Source of the DNA: an uncultured Candidatus Bathyarchaeia archaeon
Lineage (GTDB): Archaea; Thermoproteota; Bathyarchaeia; Bathyarchaeales; Bathyarchaeaceae
Direction of reading: 5' to 3'
Length of the DNA stretch: 64,000 nucleotides
NCBI GenBank assembly: GCA_964510635.1
Contig: CAZEBS010000001.1
Span: forward strand, 38,350-102,349
The notes beneath the pieces are model-generated. The model was given only the letters and a program-made list of their open reading frames with translations. It ran no database searches and was not told where the DNA came from. Shown piece after piece: positions 25,926 through 36,530 of the stretch (the stretch's first letter is position 1; each line of letters begins with the position of its first letter). Made by a program: the position numbers and the translations under genes.

Positions 25926-26474
25926 TTGGGTCTGCTGAAAAAATGGAAATTGGTTGACAGTAAGGTTCTCTGCCGCTCAGACCACGTGTCCGTCTTTGAT
26001 GACAGAGTGATTTTGCCCAGCGGAAAAGAGATATTATTCACAAAAGTTGAGTTGAAGGACTTCGTGTCTGTTCTCCCTATCGTAGAAGACAACATTGCGA
26101 TGATTGAGATTCTCAGGTACCCCAGAAACTGTTTGAGCCTTGAGATCCCAAGCGGACACATCGAGAACGGAGAAAGCCCCCGAGAAGCTGCATTCCGTGA
26201 ACTAGAAGAAGAAACAGGCTACACCGCTGGACAACTTGAGTGCATAGGCAGTTTCAATCCCCTATCAAGAAGCACTCAGCAAGCTCACCTTTTCATTGCC
26301 AAAGACCTCAAAAAAGGACCCCAAAGGCTAGAAGTTACAGAACAGATAGACGTGAAGCTCATACCAATCAAAGACATACAAAAACTGCTTACCTCTGGCA
26401 AGATAACCCACGCCCCAACATTGCTGGCTCTACAACGGTTCCTACTGATGAAACAAACTGGAGAATCGTTTTGA
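25926..26474 (+). CDS. NUDIX hydrolase (ADP-ribose pyrophosphatase-like)
   Basis: 182 aa. Nudix box GHIENGESPREAAFRELEEETGY. Confidence 0.85.
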   Translation: MGLLKKWKLVDSKVLCRSDHVSVFDDRVILPSGKEILFTKVELKDFVSVLPIVEDNIAMIEILRYPRNCLSLEIPSGHIENGESPREAAFRELEEETGYTAGQLECIGSFNPLSRSTQQAHLFIAKDLKKGPQRLEVTEQIDVKLIPIKDIQKLLTSGKITHAPTLLALQRFLLMKQTGESF

Positions 26475-26631
26475 GCTGATAAAAATCTGGCTTGTGTGAC
26501 TTGAGTATTAGACTGAGTTTCAATTTTTTATCGTTTTTGTTTGTTTCTTCAATGATGTTCTATGTAATAGTCAATAGGCTTGCGGTATGTTTATATGCTA
26601 TTTTCGGTTATAGTGTCTGAAGTGTTACGAT

Positions 26632-26883
26632 ATGAGTGATGGGGGAAATGTCAAACTAACGACCAGAATAGCATTAATTCTGGTTGGAGCCATTCTAGCA
26701 CCTGTAATCCTTTTGTTCTTATTCCTTCTCGTCACTTTTGCTACAGGAATGGGTTCAAGTCGCTATTTGGGGCCTTCAGAAACAACAATCATCATGAATG
26801 TTGTAGTCCCTGCTGTTGGCGCTTCAGTAGGGTATCTGGCAGGTAAACGGAAACTGTCAATCAAGGTACCAGCGAACCTTTAA
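26632..26883 (+). CDS. small membrane protein
   Basis: 83 aa with two predicted TM helices. Confidence 0.4.
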   Translation: MSDGGNVKLTTRIALILVGAILAPVILLFLFLLVTFATGMGSSRYLGPSETTIIMNVVVPAVGASVGYLAGKRKLSIKVPANL

Positions 26884-26924
26884 AACCTCAAATCCTTTCG
26901 GTTTCTTGTTGGTTGTGTTGTTTT

Positions 26925-27143
26925 CTAGCACGTTTCAGGTTTATCCCAGCGTAAAAACAGGTAATAATTGACAATACCTAAAACTGCCGAAAGGAGAGTG
27001 AACCAGACGACAAAGTATGTTGTATCTCTCTCCCAACCAAGTTTATACTGACCTAGAGTGTCAACAACCAAAAAAGTAGCCACAATTATTGCATTGACCC
27101 ACGCCGCAGTTGTGAGCGCGTTTCTTTTTTTTGTTTCACTCAT
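26925..27143 (-). CDS. small membrane protein
   Basis: 72 aa with two predicted TM helices. Confidence 0.4.
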   Translation of the reverse strand: MSETKKRNALTTAAWVNAIIVATFLVVDTLGQYKLGWERDTTYFVVWFTLLSAVLGIVNYYLFLRWDKPETC

Positions 27144-27413
27144 TGTTGAACCAATAAATGTTCAGCTTGATTTATGTAATAAAATTTTTGACTACCTAAA
27201 GTTGATTACAAAAGCATTGTTTGCTGTGCTGTTTTCCAGAAAAAAGCTATTTTTCAACAATCATCTGCTATTAGGCTCCTCATAGAAACGCGGTTCTTGC
27301 CTTTTTTGGTAGGTGTAAACGTTGTTGAATGATTTTCATAATAGCGTCATAATTTCTCTTTTACAATTAATGCCGTTTTTAAGGGCTATTCTTAAATTAT
27401 CGACAATATTTGT

Positions 27414-28634
27414 ATGTCACATTTGGAGTTCTTGGTTATGAATCAACCAACTTCGAAGAACTTGAACTATCGCTTGGTTCTTATCACATTGTCCATCTCG
27501 ATGTTCGCAGCCCAGTCTTTTGGTGTTCTTAACGCTTTACTCTTGGTTGATATAAGTGAGACCTTTGCAACTCCCCTTGGTATAACCGCTCAAATAATGA
27601 CCTTCTCCGCTGCACTGGGAGTAATTGGAGCTATGTTGATGAGCGTTTTCAGTGTGCGGTTTAGCAAAAAGTCCCTTTTAATGACCGGCTCTTCGTTATC
27701 CTGCATTTCTGCTTTAGGCTGTTTCTTTGCTCCAACCCTAGAAGCAATGTTCATAACTTATTCAGTATCGGGATTAGGCTTAGCCATAGTCGCTCCCATG
27801 GCGTATGCTCTTGTGGGCGACCTTTTTTCGATTGAAAAGCGTTCCTTTGCAGTCGGCATCTTGGTAGCTAGTATTTCATTATCATATGTTTTGAGTGCAC
27901 CGATGATTAGTATAATAGCATCAATAGTGGGCTGGCGTCTTACATTCGTTGGATACATCCTTGTTCTCAATCTTTTAGCATTGATTTCTACAAAAATCGT
28001 GATACCTTCAAGAAAATCTGAACCTCAAAATAGACACTCAAGTCTCTTTGAAGGTTTGAAACAGGTTTTAAACAACAAGTCTGCCATAGCATGCTTAATC
28101 GGTGTACTTGCAGTCAATGCATCTTGGCAAGCCGTCGAATATTATGCTGTGTCCTTCTACAGAGACGTTTTTCAGGTTCCCACAACTTGGGCAGCGATTT
28201 CGGTTTCTGGAGTAGCTTTGATTTTTGTATGTGGCAGTATTTTGGGCGGAAAAATTGTGGACAAGTACGGAAGAAAGCGGCTAACTATAGTAAGTACCAC
28301 GTTAATGGGGCTCTTCATAATTCTATACCTTAACGCTTCAGATTTCTTGGTCTCTTTATTTTTGTCTATAGGCGCCTCTTTTTTTGGCAGTATCCTACTA
28401 ACAGCGTACAATAATCTAAATTTAGAGCAAGTTCCCAATTTCAGAGGAACCATGATGTCATTAGAGATAGTAGCCGCTAGTATTGGAGTAAGCCTTGGAG
28501 TCGCCCTTGGAGGAATGACCTTATTATGGTTCAATTGGAGTATGCTTGGAATTGTTCTTGGACTAATTGGTGTACTCGTTTCAATAGTGTACTCACTGTT
28601 TACAGTTGATCCGATTCAAACCAACACTTCATGA
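27414..28634 (+). CDS. MFS transporter
   Basis: 406 aa with ~12 TM helices. GGKIVDKYGRKR is the loop motif typical of MFS. Confidence 0.8.
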   Translation: MSHLEFLVMNQPTSKNLNYRLVLITLSISMFAAQSFGVLNALLLVDISETFATPLGITAQIMTFSAALGVIGAMLMSVFSVRFSKKSLLMTGSSLSCISALGCFFAPTLEAMFITYSVSGLGLAIVAPMAYALVGDLFSIEKRSFAVGILVASISLSYVLSAPMISIIASIVGWRLTFVGYILVLNLLALISTKIVIPSRKSEPQNRHSSLFEGLKQVLNNKSAIACLIGVLAVNASWQAVEYYAVSFYRDVFQVPTTWAAISVSGVALIFVCGSILGGKIVDKYGRKRLTIVSTTLMGLFIILYLNASDFLVSLFLSIGASFFGSILLTAYNNLNLEQVPNFRGTMMSLEIVAASIGVSLGVALGGMTLLWFNWSMLGIVLGLIGVLVSIVYSLFTVDPIQTNTS

Positions 28635-28783
28635 ACGCACCAGATAACACCCTGTTAAAGCTAATTATAATCCCAAATCATGCAACAACTTATACAATGA
28701 CCCATACTTACCCCCTTTTTCTGTGAAAATGTAGGGACCTATATAATACAAAAACGTAGGTTAAGACAATAGATTTGCCTTGT

Positions 28784-30241
28784 TCACTGGGTGTAAACTT
28801 TGTTGAATACTTGTTGAATGTATTCGCGTAGTGTCAGTCCCTTGTTTTTTGCCAAGCGTTGGAGAGCTTTTGTTACTCCTGTCGTGTATTGGACAGCCTT
28901 CTTAGGTTTATCAGCCAAGAAACTGGGAACGTCTAGGTTGCGAGCCACTCGCCTTAGTATTCTTTTTCGAAGCTTGTCTTCAACTGAATTGATTTTCGAG
29001 CGTAGTGGTAGTCTCAGGGCGAAGTCAACAACGTGGGGGTCGATGAAGGGAAGCCTCAGTTCTACTCCATGGTAGGCGCAGACTTGGTTGTCTCTCTGAA
29101 AGTTTGCACTGTAAGCGTTTTCGACGTCATGGAACATTGTTTGTTCCACTGCCTCAGCCCCTGACTTTGCATATTCTGTGAGGTATCTTTGGTAGCCTCC
29201 GAAAAGCTCGTCAGCGCCCTGCCCCGCCAAAAGAACAGGATAACCCAGCTTCGAGGCGGTTTCAGCCAACCAAAAGAATGGAATGGCAATACAGGCGTTA
29301 ACAGAATGTGACTCCTCGGTGAGCCACAAAACTTTGGCAAGGGTCTCCTCCAGCTCATCTGCCTTGTATGTTTGGATGTGAATTGGCAAATCCAGTGCTT
29401 CGGCGGCTTGTTGGGTGAACATGACTTCGGGCTGATTCTCTAGCCCCACCGAAATCAACTGAACATTTAAGCCAACATGTTCTGCCAGAACCGCCACAAC
29501 GCTGCTGTCTACGCCCCCAGAAAACGCCACAGCCACCGAGTCAAGGTCCGAAACCCGTTTCCGTGTCGACTCCATCAGAAGAGTCTCTAATGCCCGTGTT
29601 GCAGTTTCCAAGTTAATCTTTTCTTTGGGGGGCACATGTAGCTTTTTGACTGGAATAAACGAGAAGCCTCTGGAGTCTATTGTTGCTAGCTGTCCTGGCG
29701 GAAACGATTTGGTGTCCTTTAGTCCCAGCTTCCACAGTGCCTTCTGTTCTGACGCCACCGCGCAAACTGTTTCGTTTTGGCTGTAGTAGATGGGGGTTGC
29801 CCCGAAAACATCCCGCCCAACAATTACCTTATTGGATTCTGCTACGGCAAAGACGTAGGAGCCATCCAGCTTCTCAAGGATTTCTCCAGCCTTTCGGAGA
29901 GGGTTATCGCCAAGCTTCTCAGCAATTTCCGTTACTTCGGGCAAGTCAGGCAGGTTCGGAGAAGGATAGGTTCGTCCCTCAAAAACTATTGTGAAGCCGT
30001 CTCCCTGAACAGGCTGCGGCTTATCCCGTGGCAGAATGTGGGAGAGGTTGTGACCCAAAGCCACGGCTGAACTAAGGTTATTGGTTGACAGTTCTTTAAT
30101 CGAGGAGGCAGTTAATGCTGTGCCTGGAGTGGCTATTCCGTGACTGTCTCTTCCTCTATGCTGTAGCTCCTGTAGCATGGCGACTACCGTGGGAACAACG
30201 TTTTCTCCTTTCCTGTTTACGGCTGCAACCAATGCTCCCAA
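28784..30241 (-). CDS. asparagine synthase (AsnB)-family protein lacking the N-terminal nucleophile Cys
   Basis: PP-loop AFSGGVDSS. The N-terminal domain is Ntn-amidotransferase-like, but the N-terminus reads (M)GALVAAV rather than MCGI. I prefer the TTG at 30241, preceded by AGGAGGT. The track start is the TTG at 30259. Confidence 0.7.
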   Translation of the reverse strand: MGALVAAVNRKGENVVPTVVAMLQELQHRGRDSHGIATPGTALTASSIKELSTNNLSSAVALGHNLSHILPRDKPQPVQGDGFTIVFEGRTYPSPNLPDLPEVTEIAEKLGDNPLRKAGEILEKLDGSYVFAVAESNKVIVGRDVFGATPIYYSQNETVCAVASEQKALWKLGLKDTKSFPPGQLATIDSRGFSFIPVKKLHVPPKEKINLETATRALETLLMESTRKRVSDLDSVAVAFSGGVDSSVVAVLAEHVGLNVQLISVGLENQPEVMFTQQAAEALDLPIHIQTYKADELEETLAKVLWLTEESHSVNACIAIPFFWLAETASKLGYPVLLAGQGADELFGGYQRYLTEYAKSGAEAVEQTMFHDVENAYSANFQRDNQVCAYHGVELRLPFIDPHVVDFALRLPLRSKINSVEDKLRKRILRRVARNLDVPSFLADKPKKAVQYTTGVTKALQRLAKNKGLTLREYIQQVFNKVYTQ

Positions 30242-30338
30242 GCCCTTTAACCTCCTCAAATAGACATCATGTTTTTAGGCGAAACTGGTAAAAGGTTAGT
30301 TCAATACATTTATGTATCGTTTCCGGAGGATAACAAGT

Positions 30339-31709
30339 TTGCCTATTCTACCCATCGACATAGGACGATACGGGTCACCTGAAATGAGAAGAATCTTTGA
30401 CGAAGAAAACAGACTCCAGAAAATGCTGGACGTAGAAGCGGCGCTGGCTTGGGCACACAGCCAAGTAGGCAACATCCCAAAAAAAGACGCCCAAACAATC
30501 GTAGAAAAAGCGTCCACAACATACGTCAAACTGGAACGCGTCAAAGAGATAGAAAACGAAATCAGACACGACGTCATGGCGCTGGTCAGAGCCCTAGCCG
30601 AAGTCAGCGGACCAAGCGGCGCCTACGTTCACCTCGGAGCCACAAGCTCAGACATGCTCGACACCGCAACCGCCCTACAACTAAAGGAAGCAGTCCAACT
30701 TATTGAAGAACGGCTAAACGAGCTCCAGTCAGTCCTTCTCTCTAGGGCAGAACAGCACAAAAACAGCATCATGATGGGAAGAAGTCATGGTCAACATGCT
30801 CTGCCAACAACGTTTGGCTTCAAGTGTGCGGTGTGGACAAGAGAGGTGTCCCGTCATATTGAGCGCCTCAGAGACTGCCGAGGACGGTTGCTGGCTGGAA
30901 AAATGAGTGGCGCGGTGGGAACTCAGGCTGGACTAGGACCAAAGGCGCTTGAGATTCAGGAGCTTGTTATGAAAAAGCTTGGCATCCCCGTAGCAGACAT
31001 CTCTACTCAGATTGTGCAGCGGGACAGATACGCCGAGCTTACCTGTGTACTGGCTATTCTCGCCTCGACACTAGATGGTATAGCAACTGAGGTTAGGCAG
31101 CTTCAGAGACCAGAAATTGGCGAGGCTTTCGAGGCTTTTGAGCAGAAGAAGCAGGTTGGCAGCTCAACTATGCCCCATAAACGTAATCCCATGATTTCTG
31201 AGCGGATTTGTGGCTTGGCGAAGCTGATGAGGAGCCTTGTTTTGCCTGCCCTAGAGAATGTTCCCACATGGCATGAACGGGACCTAACCCAGTCCTCGTG
31301 TGAACGGTTCGTGATTCCTGAAGAGTGCATCCTCATCGATTACATGCTAATTCTGATGATTCGGGTGCTCAAGGGGCTACAGGTCGACGAGAAACGGATG
31401 CGAAAGAACATGGACTTAACCCAAGGACGGATGATGTCCGAGGCAGTTATGCTTGCCCTAGCAAAGAAAGGACTTGGACGGCAAACAGCCCATGAACTCA
31501 CCCGCGAACTAGCCATCAAAAGCCACAACGAACAACGCCCCTTCAAAGAGGTTCTCTCAGAAGACAGCAAAGTCAAAAAAGTGCTCAATCCCGAAGAAAT
31601 CGACAAGGTAATGGACCCCAGAAACTATCTCGGCACAGCAACAAAACAAATAGACAATGTTATAGAAAAGACACGAAAAGAACGACAGGCACGGGGCTTA
31701 CCAGACTAG
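30339..31709 (+). CDS. purB: adenylosuccinate lyase
   Basis: GATSSDMLDTA and SSTMPHKRNP signatures. I prefer the TTG at 30339 (preceded by GGAGG), which gives the N-terminus MPILPIDIGRYGSPEM typical of PurB. Confidence 0.88.
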   Translation: MPILPIDIGRYGSPEMRRIFDEENRLQKMLDVEAALAWAHSQVGNIPKKDAQTIVEKASTTYVKLERVKEIENEIRHDVMALVRALAEVSGPSGAYVHLGATSSDMLDTATALQLKEAVQLIEERLNELQSVLLSRAEQHKNSIMMGRSHGQHALPTTFGFKCAVWTREVSRHIERLRDCRGRLLAGKMSGAVGTQAGLGPKALEIQELVMKKLGIPVADISTQIVQRDRYAELTCVLAILASTLDGIATEVRQLQRPEIGEAFEAFEQKKQVGSSTMPHKRNPMISERICGLAKLMRSLVLPALENVPTWHERDLTQSSCERFVIPEECILIDYMLILMIRVLKGLQVDEKRMRKNMDLTQGRMMSEAVMLALAKKGLGRQTAHELTRELAIKSHNEQRPFKEVLSEDSKVKKVLNPEEIDKVMDPRNYLGTATKQIDNVIEKTRKERQARGLPD

Positions 31710-31785
31710 TTATTTTGCTTGGAAAAACAAAAAAGGGAGTGAATGATAGCGCAAACATCATCGTTTGCGTTCTAGCCTCCCCGTT

Positions 31786-32562
31786 TTACTGTGCTTTCGT
31801 TTCTTTCCGCTTCACCAAATACCGGTAGCCAACAAGCATTGCAACAGTCGACAGTAGCACCATGACTCCGAAAGTTAAGCCTTCTGGGATTGGTTCCGAG
31901 GAGTAATTTTCGATTCCCCACTCTTCTGGGACATCTGGGTCAGTAGGTGGCCAAGATTGAAGTCCATCTCCAGAATTGCTTGCGTCGTAGGCTCCGAATA
32001 GAAAGTTCCACACAGTGTCTATACTAAGTCCCCCTTGAGTTTTGTCAAGCGAAAATTCTAAAATCCAGTGCGGCGTGCCACTAGTCGGTGAAGTGCTCAA
32101 CGAGTCAGCCCATTCTACTGTGGCTAAGTTACCCTCCCACACACTCCAGCCGAAATCGTCTCCTAGGTACCATTCTTGGTCGGTGTGTCCTACAATCTTG
32201 AACATGCGGTGATTACCTAGTTGAGGAGTAGAGCCTCCGGATTGGTGAGGATCGATGCATAACTGCCAATAGTCGCCAGGATCGTTGGTGGTGTCACTGA
32301 GAAATTCGACAATCCATCTGGTGGTCTTAGAGTCCAATGTAGTTCTGAAGACAACATCTGTGCCTATCCAAGTTTCTTCGCCGTCTGTCCATTCATCTGG
32401 AGAGGTCCACATTCCATCAATGGTTGGACTCACTTGAGTAGGATGGGAATATCTTTCGTAGCCTGGTTCAGCTGCCAAGGTTGTTCCAGCAGTAATCAAC
32501 AGCAGACCGCAAAGCATCAGTATGCAAAAAGCTGTCACTATTCTCTTTTCCATTATTAACAA
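31786..32562 (-). CDS. secreted protein with C-terminal TM anchor (sorting-signal-like)
   Basis: 258 aa. N-terminal signal peptide. C-terminal PIPEGLTFGVMVLLSTVAMLVGYRYLVKRKE has motif + TM + basic tail. Confidence 0.55.
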   Translation of the reverse strand: MLIMEKRIVTAFCILMLCGLLLITAGTTLAAEPGYERYSHPTQVSPTIDGMWTSPDEWTDGEETWIGTDVVFRTTLDSKTTRWIVEFLSDTTNDPGDYWQLCIDPHQSGGSTPQLGNHRMFKIVGHTDQEWYLGDDFGWSVWEGNLATVEWADSLSTSPTSGTPHWILEFSLDKTQGGLSIDTVWNFLFGAYDASNSGDGLQSWPPTDPDVPEEWGIENYSSEPIPEGLTFGVMVLLSTVAMLVGYRYLVKRKETKAQ

Positions 32563-32735
32563 TCCCCCTTTTTAATAATCAATTAGTGTTTTGCTCAGTT
32601 TAACTTAAAAGATTATCTACTTGATGACACTGAACCGAAATTTAAAAAACAGCAACGGACGGACCGCACTAACCATTAAAAGACGGCATAGCATGTGCTA
32701 GAAAGAAGAAAAAAATACCCAATATAGAAAAAAAG

Positions 32736-32951
32736 TTAGGCTTGGGTTAGCCATTTGAGGGGGATGTCTTGGTAGGCGCCGTTTGGCAGGGTTCTTCTGA
32801 CAGTAAGAGGAAGAATGTTTGAGCCCAACTCCAGAAGGGCTATGTCGATGGGACCTGCGCGACCTTCCGGCACCTCAATAAGGATTGGGGCGCCCATGGC
32901 GATCTGTAATGCTCTGGCTCCCACTATCCGAGCCCGTTCAAAACGGGTCAG
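32736..32951 (-). CDS. rpoK: DNA-directed RNA polymerase subunit K (Rpo6/RpoK)
   Basis: (L)[29 protein letters not shown]...[12 protein letters not shown] is the RpoK/Rpb6 signature. The conserved TRFERARI lies upstream of the track's GTG at 32924. The only possible start upstream of it is the CTG at 32951. Confidence 0.8.
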   Translation of the reverse strand: MTRFERARIVGARALQIAMGAPILIEVPEGRAGPIDIALLELGSNILPLTVRRTLPNGAYQDIPLKWLTQA

Positions 32952-33006
32952 TTTTGCTGGTCCGATGTTTACTTCGTTCTCGGGTTTTGTTATTTTTAGA
33001 GCGCTC

Positions 33007-34659
33007 CTACATCATGCCTGGAGGCATTCCGCCCATACCGCCCATTCCACCGCCTGGGGGACCTGGAGGAGTTTTCATTTTCCCTGAAGCTATGACATCA
33101 TCGATTTTTAAGATTAGCGATGCGGCTTCTGAACAGGATTTGATTATCTGCTTCTTGACGGATATAGGCTCGAATACGCCAGCTTTTTCCATGTCGCCAA
33201 CGCCGCCCACGTCAATGTCTACTCCTGCCCATGTTGTTCCTTTCTCGTGTTTTACTCTTAGTTCAGACAGGATGTCAATGGGGTCAAGTCCAGCGTTCTC
33301 AGCCAGAGTTGTGGGTATTACTTCAAGAGCCTCAGCGAACTGCATAACCGCGAGTTGTTCCCGTCCAGGAAGGGTCTCGGCATACTCTTTGAGTACTTTG
33401 GAGACTTCCATTTCAGGTGCACCACCTCCAGCAAGCAGTTTAGGCTCCTCAATCACATCAGCCACAACACAAAGGGAATCATGAAGTGAACGGTCTGCTT
33501 CGTCAACTATCCTTTCAGTTCCTCCACGTATGAGGATTGTAACAGCCATTGGATTCTTGCATCCTTCTACGAAGGTCATCTTGTCATTGCCGATTTTCCG
33601 CTCTTCCACAAGCTGAGCGAAGCCAAGGTCTTTCTTGCTGAGGTCATTCAGGTTTGTTACAACTTTTGCTCCTGTTGCTTTGGATAGTGCTTCCATGTCC
33701 GATTTCTTAACTCGGCGAACCGCCAATATACCTTGTCTGGCAAGGAAGTGCTGAGCCAAGTCATCGATGCCTTTCTGGCAGAGAATAACGTTGGCGCCTT
33801 TGGTGACAAGCTTCTCCACCATATCTTTTATCATATTTTCTTCCTGTTTAAGGAAAGCATCCATCTGCTCTGGGCTTTCAATGTTAATTTTTGCGTCAAA
33901 CTCGGTTTTCTCTATCTCAAGGGCAGTGTCAATCAAAGCAATCTTAGCTTTCTCCACCCTCTTGGGCATTCCAGAGTGAACAGCTTCCTTGTCAAGAACT
34001 ATGCCATTAATGAGCTTGGTGTTAATTAGAGACTCACCAGGCTTCTTCTCCACCTTAACATTGTCGATATCTACTGTGTAGCCATCTCCACTCTTCACGG
34101 CAACCTGCAAAACTGCGTCAGTGGCAATGCCTCCAAGATAATCCCTGCTTCCTGCCACAAGTTTACTAGCCATTGAAGTCATGGCAGCTTTCTTCATCAT
34201 TTTCTTGTCAGTGGGACTGATTTTTATTGCAATTTTTTCTAAAGTTTCAAGAGCTTTCTCAGCAGCTTTTCTGTATCCGTCAATGATGACTGTTGGATGA
34301 ACATTCTTCTCTATGAGAGTTTCAGCTTTTGCAAGCAGTTCTCCTGCGATGATTACAGATGTTGTGGTGCCGTCTCCAACCTCATCGTCCTGAGTTTTGG
34401 CAACCTCCACCATCATCTTTGCAGCAGGGTGCTGAATGTCCATTTCGTCCAAAACTGTGCGCCCGTCGCTGGTTATAGTTACGTCTCCGAAACTGTCTAC
34501 CAGCATCTTGTCCATTCCTCTTGGTCCAAGAGCGCTTTTAACTGATTCAGCAACAATCTGTGCAGCCATGATGTTGGCATGCTGGGCTTCTTGCCCTCGT
34601 GACCGTGATGCTCCTTCACGTAATATCAAAACTGGTGTTCCAGCTAATCCAGAAGACAA
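33007..34659 (-). CDS. ths: thermosome subunit (group II chaperonin)
   Basis: 550 aa. [16 protein letters not shown] and a C-terminal GGMGGMGGM tail. Confidence 0.95.
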   Translation of the reverse strand: MSSGLAGTPVLILREGASRSRGQEAQHANIMAAQIVAESVKSALGPRGMDKMLVDSFGDVTITSDGRTVLDEMDIQHPAAKMMVEVAKTQDDEVGDGTTTSVIIAGELLAKAETLIEKNVHPTVIIDGYRKAAEKALETLEKIAIKISPTDKKMMKKAAMTSMASKLVAGSRDYLGGIATDAVLQVAVKSGDGYTVDIDNVKVEKKPGESLINTKLINGIVLDKEAVHSGMPKRVEKAKIALIDTALEIEKTEFDAKINIESPEQMDAFLKQEENMIKDMVEKLVTKGANVILCQKGIDDLAQHFLARQGILAVRRVKKSDMEALSKATGAKVVTNLNDLSKKDLGFAQLVEERKIGNDKMTFVEGCKNPMAVTILIRGGTERIVDEADRSLHDSLCVVADVIEEPKLLAGGGAPEMEVSKVLKEYAETLPGREQLAVMQFAEALEVIPTTLAENAGLDPIDILSELRVKHEKGTTWAGVDIDVGGVGDMEKAGVFEPISVKKQIIKSCSEAASLILKIDDVIASGKMKTPPGPPGGGMGGMGGMPPGMM

Positions 34660-34915
34660 ACGACATTTCTCCTTATTTTGTTTCGGAACACTAAAAAATG
34701 GCTATGTTTATAAAGATTTCTCTGCAGCAAGCTGAAAATTCATATAGATGAAACCGAAGCCCGATTTTCTGAGATAACGCTACCAAATTCATTAAAAATC
34801 CCGAATTCTGCCGCTCAAAAAAACATAGACGCTCGGAATCAGGACAACGAAGTTTTTCACTAAACAATAAGGAGCTACTGCTACGCCTGTTCTGTGAAAA
34901 AAGGAGTGGAATTTG

Positions 34916-35137
34916 TTATTTGTCCAACACTTTTCTTGCGGCTATCTCAATGTCCTCTGCTTTAACAGTTTTTCTTCCAGCGTGCATGGCATAGTCGATA
35001 GCTTCTTTAGCTATTTTGATACCGACTTCGTCCAGTTCCTTTGCCAGCGCTTTCGCAGCTGCCTCGCTTACTCTGCCCGCTCCCGCCTTCTTGCATATTC
35101 TGTGCATTGGAGCGATAGATAATTCTGGATTTCTCAT
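34916..35137 (-). CDS. archaeal histone (HMf family)
   Basis: 73 aa. IAPMHRICKKAGAGRVSEAAAKAL...HAGRKTVKAEDIEIA aligns with HMfA/B. Confidence 0.9.
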   Translation of the reverse strand: MRNPELSIAPMHRICKKAGAGRVSEAAAKALAKELDEVGIKIAKEAIDYAMHAGRKTVKAEDIEIAARKVLDK

Positions 35138-35338
35138 AATACACCCCTTCGCAGCGTCTTTTTTATTTCAGGACGTATTTAAGTTTTTCATCTGTTTCTA
35201 AGCCTTTAATGTTCTTCTTTTCCCGTTTAATCCCCTATTTTCTGTTTGCCACGAATCTGGACAGTGATATATGAAGGTTAATTACAGAGTTACTGCTGTA
35301 TTTGTTAATGAAGCAGCCAACCAACTGGGGTCCTGATT

Positions 35339-35878
35339 GTGACGCTGAATGAAGGAAATTTTGACCCGAAACAGTATGAGAAGGAGGTGAAGCTGCGGGA
35401 CGGCAGAACAGTTCTTTTGAGACTCATAAATCCTGAAGATGAGCCGCTGTGGCTTGAGATGTTCCAGAACTTTTCAGAAGAATCAGTTCGCTACAGGTTC
35501 TTCTACATGATAAAGGATACGCCCCACAAGGTGCGGGCACGATACTGCGACATCGACTACGCCAAAGAAATAGGCATCGTGGCAGAACTGGAAGATAAAG
35601 GACAACGGAAAATCTTGGGTGTTGTGCGCCTAGAAATCGAATCTGAAAGAAAAGAGGGAGAGATGGCATTCATAGTCGCAGACCCTTGGCAGGGCCTAGG
35701 CTTGGGGTCACAGATGGTTGACCACATGATTGAAATCTGTAAAAAAAGAGGACTGAAAACAGTTTACGCCCTAACGTTACCAAACAATCATAAAGCCATC
35801 AGACTTTTGAAGAAACGGGGATTCACGATTCAATACAGAACAGACGAAGCAAAAGCCACCCTCAACCTAAAGAATTAA
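35339..35878 (+). CDS. GNAT family N-acetyltransferase
   Basis: 179 aa. QGLGLGSQMVDHMIEICKKRGLK is acetyl-CoA-binding motif A. Confidence 0.75.
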   Translation: MTLNEGNFDPKQYEKEVKLRDGRTVLLRLINPEDEPLWLEMFQNFSEESVRYRFFYMIKDTPHKVRARYCDIDYAKEIGIVAELEDKGQRKILGVVRLEIESERKEGEMAFIVADPWQGLGLGSQMVDHMIEICKKRGLKTVYALTLPNNHKAIRLLKKRGFTIQYRTDEAKATLNLKN

Positions 35879-35898
35879 CCAAACCGTTGGTACTCATT

Positions 35899-36441
35899 TT
35901 AGGGGGTTAACCGTTTCTGCGTCAGAGAAAACAGAGCATCCTCAAAAATTTGTAAGGTCTTCTTGTCATAGAGGCAGAAAACTACCTTTTCCAGTTTTGT
36001 TGGACCTTCCAGATACGCAATTGTGGTGGATAGCATTATTGTGGCACATCTGCCTTTTGGGAACCCATAGATTCCTGTGCTTATTGCAGGAAAGGCTACG
36101 CTCTTCAAACCCTCGCGGTCAGCCAGCTTCAGAGAGTTCAGGGTTGCGTCTTTCAGTTTCGAGTCCTCATGTTCATCTCCATGTATTGGACCCACAGCAT
36201 GAATCACGAATTTAGCTGCCAAGTTTCCGCCAGTTGTTATAACTGCCCCGCCCACATGGGTGCCGCCTAGCTTGTTGCATTCTTCCTGAATTTTTGGTCC
36301 GCCCTTTCTCCGGATTGCTCCCGCAACGCCGCCGCCCATCTGTAATGCAGTGTTTGCAGCGTTAACTATGGCGTCTGTGGTCTGCTCTGTTATGTCTCCT
36401 TGAACCAGTTCCAAGAGGGTGTTGTTGATTTTGACTTTCAT
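35899..36441 (-). CDS. macro domain protein (ADP-ribose/O-acetyl-ADP-ribose hydrolase-like)
   Basis: 180 aa. GDITEQTTDAIVNAANTALQMGGGVAGAI and AFPAISTGIYGFP. Confidence 0.88.
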   Translation of the reverse strand: MKVKINNTLLELVQGDITEQTTDAIVNAANTALQMGGGVAGAIRRKGGPKIQEECNKLGGTHVGGAVITTGGNLAAKFVIHAVGPIHGDEHEDSKLKDATLNSLKLADREGLKSVAFPAISTGIYGFPKGRCATIMLSTTIAYLEGPTKLEKVVFCLYDKKTLQIFEDALFSLTQKRLTP

Positions 36442-36530
36442 GTTTCAGCGCTCCACAAAGACTTAGTTAGGAAATAGGTAGATTTTAGTTCTTACCTTTT
36501 CCGCAGTTACGTAAAAAAAAGGAGGGATGT

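Noticed and set aside
32885-33484. 199-aa plus-strand ORF antisense to the thermosome 3' end ([14 protein letters not shown]...)
   Set aside because: It is the mirror image of the thermosome GGM-repeat tail and is a compositional artefact.
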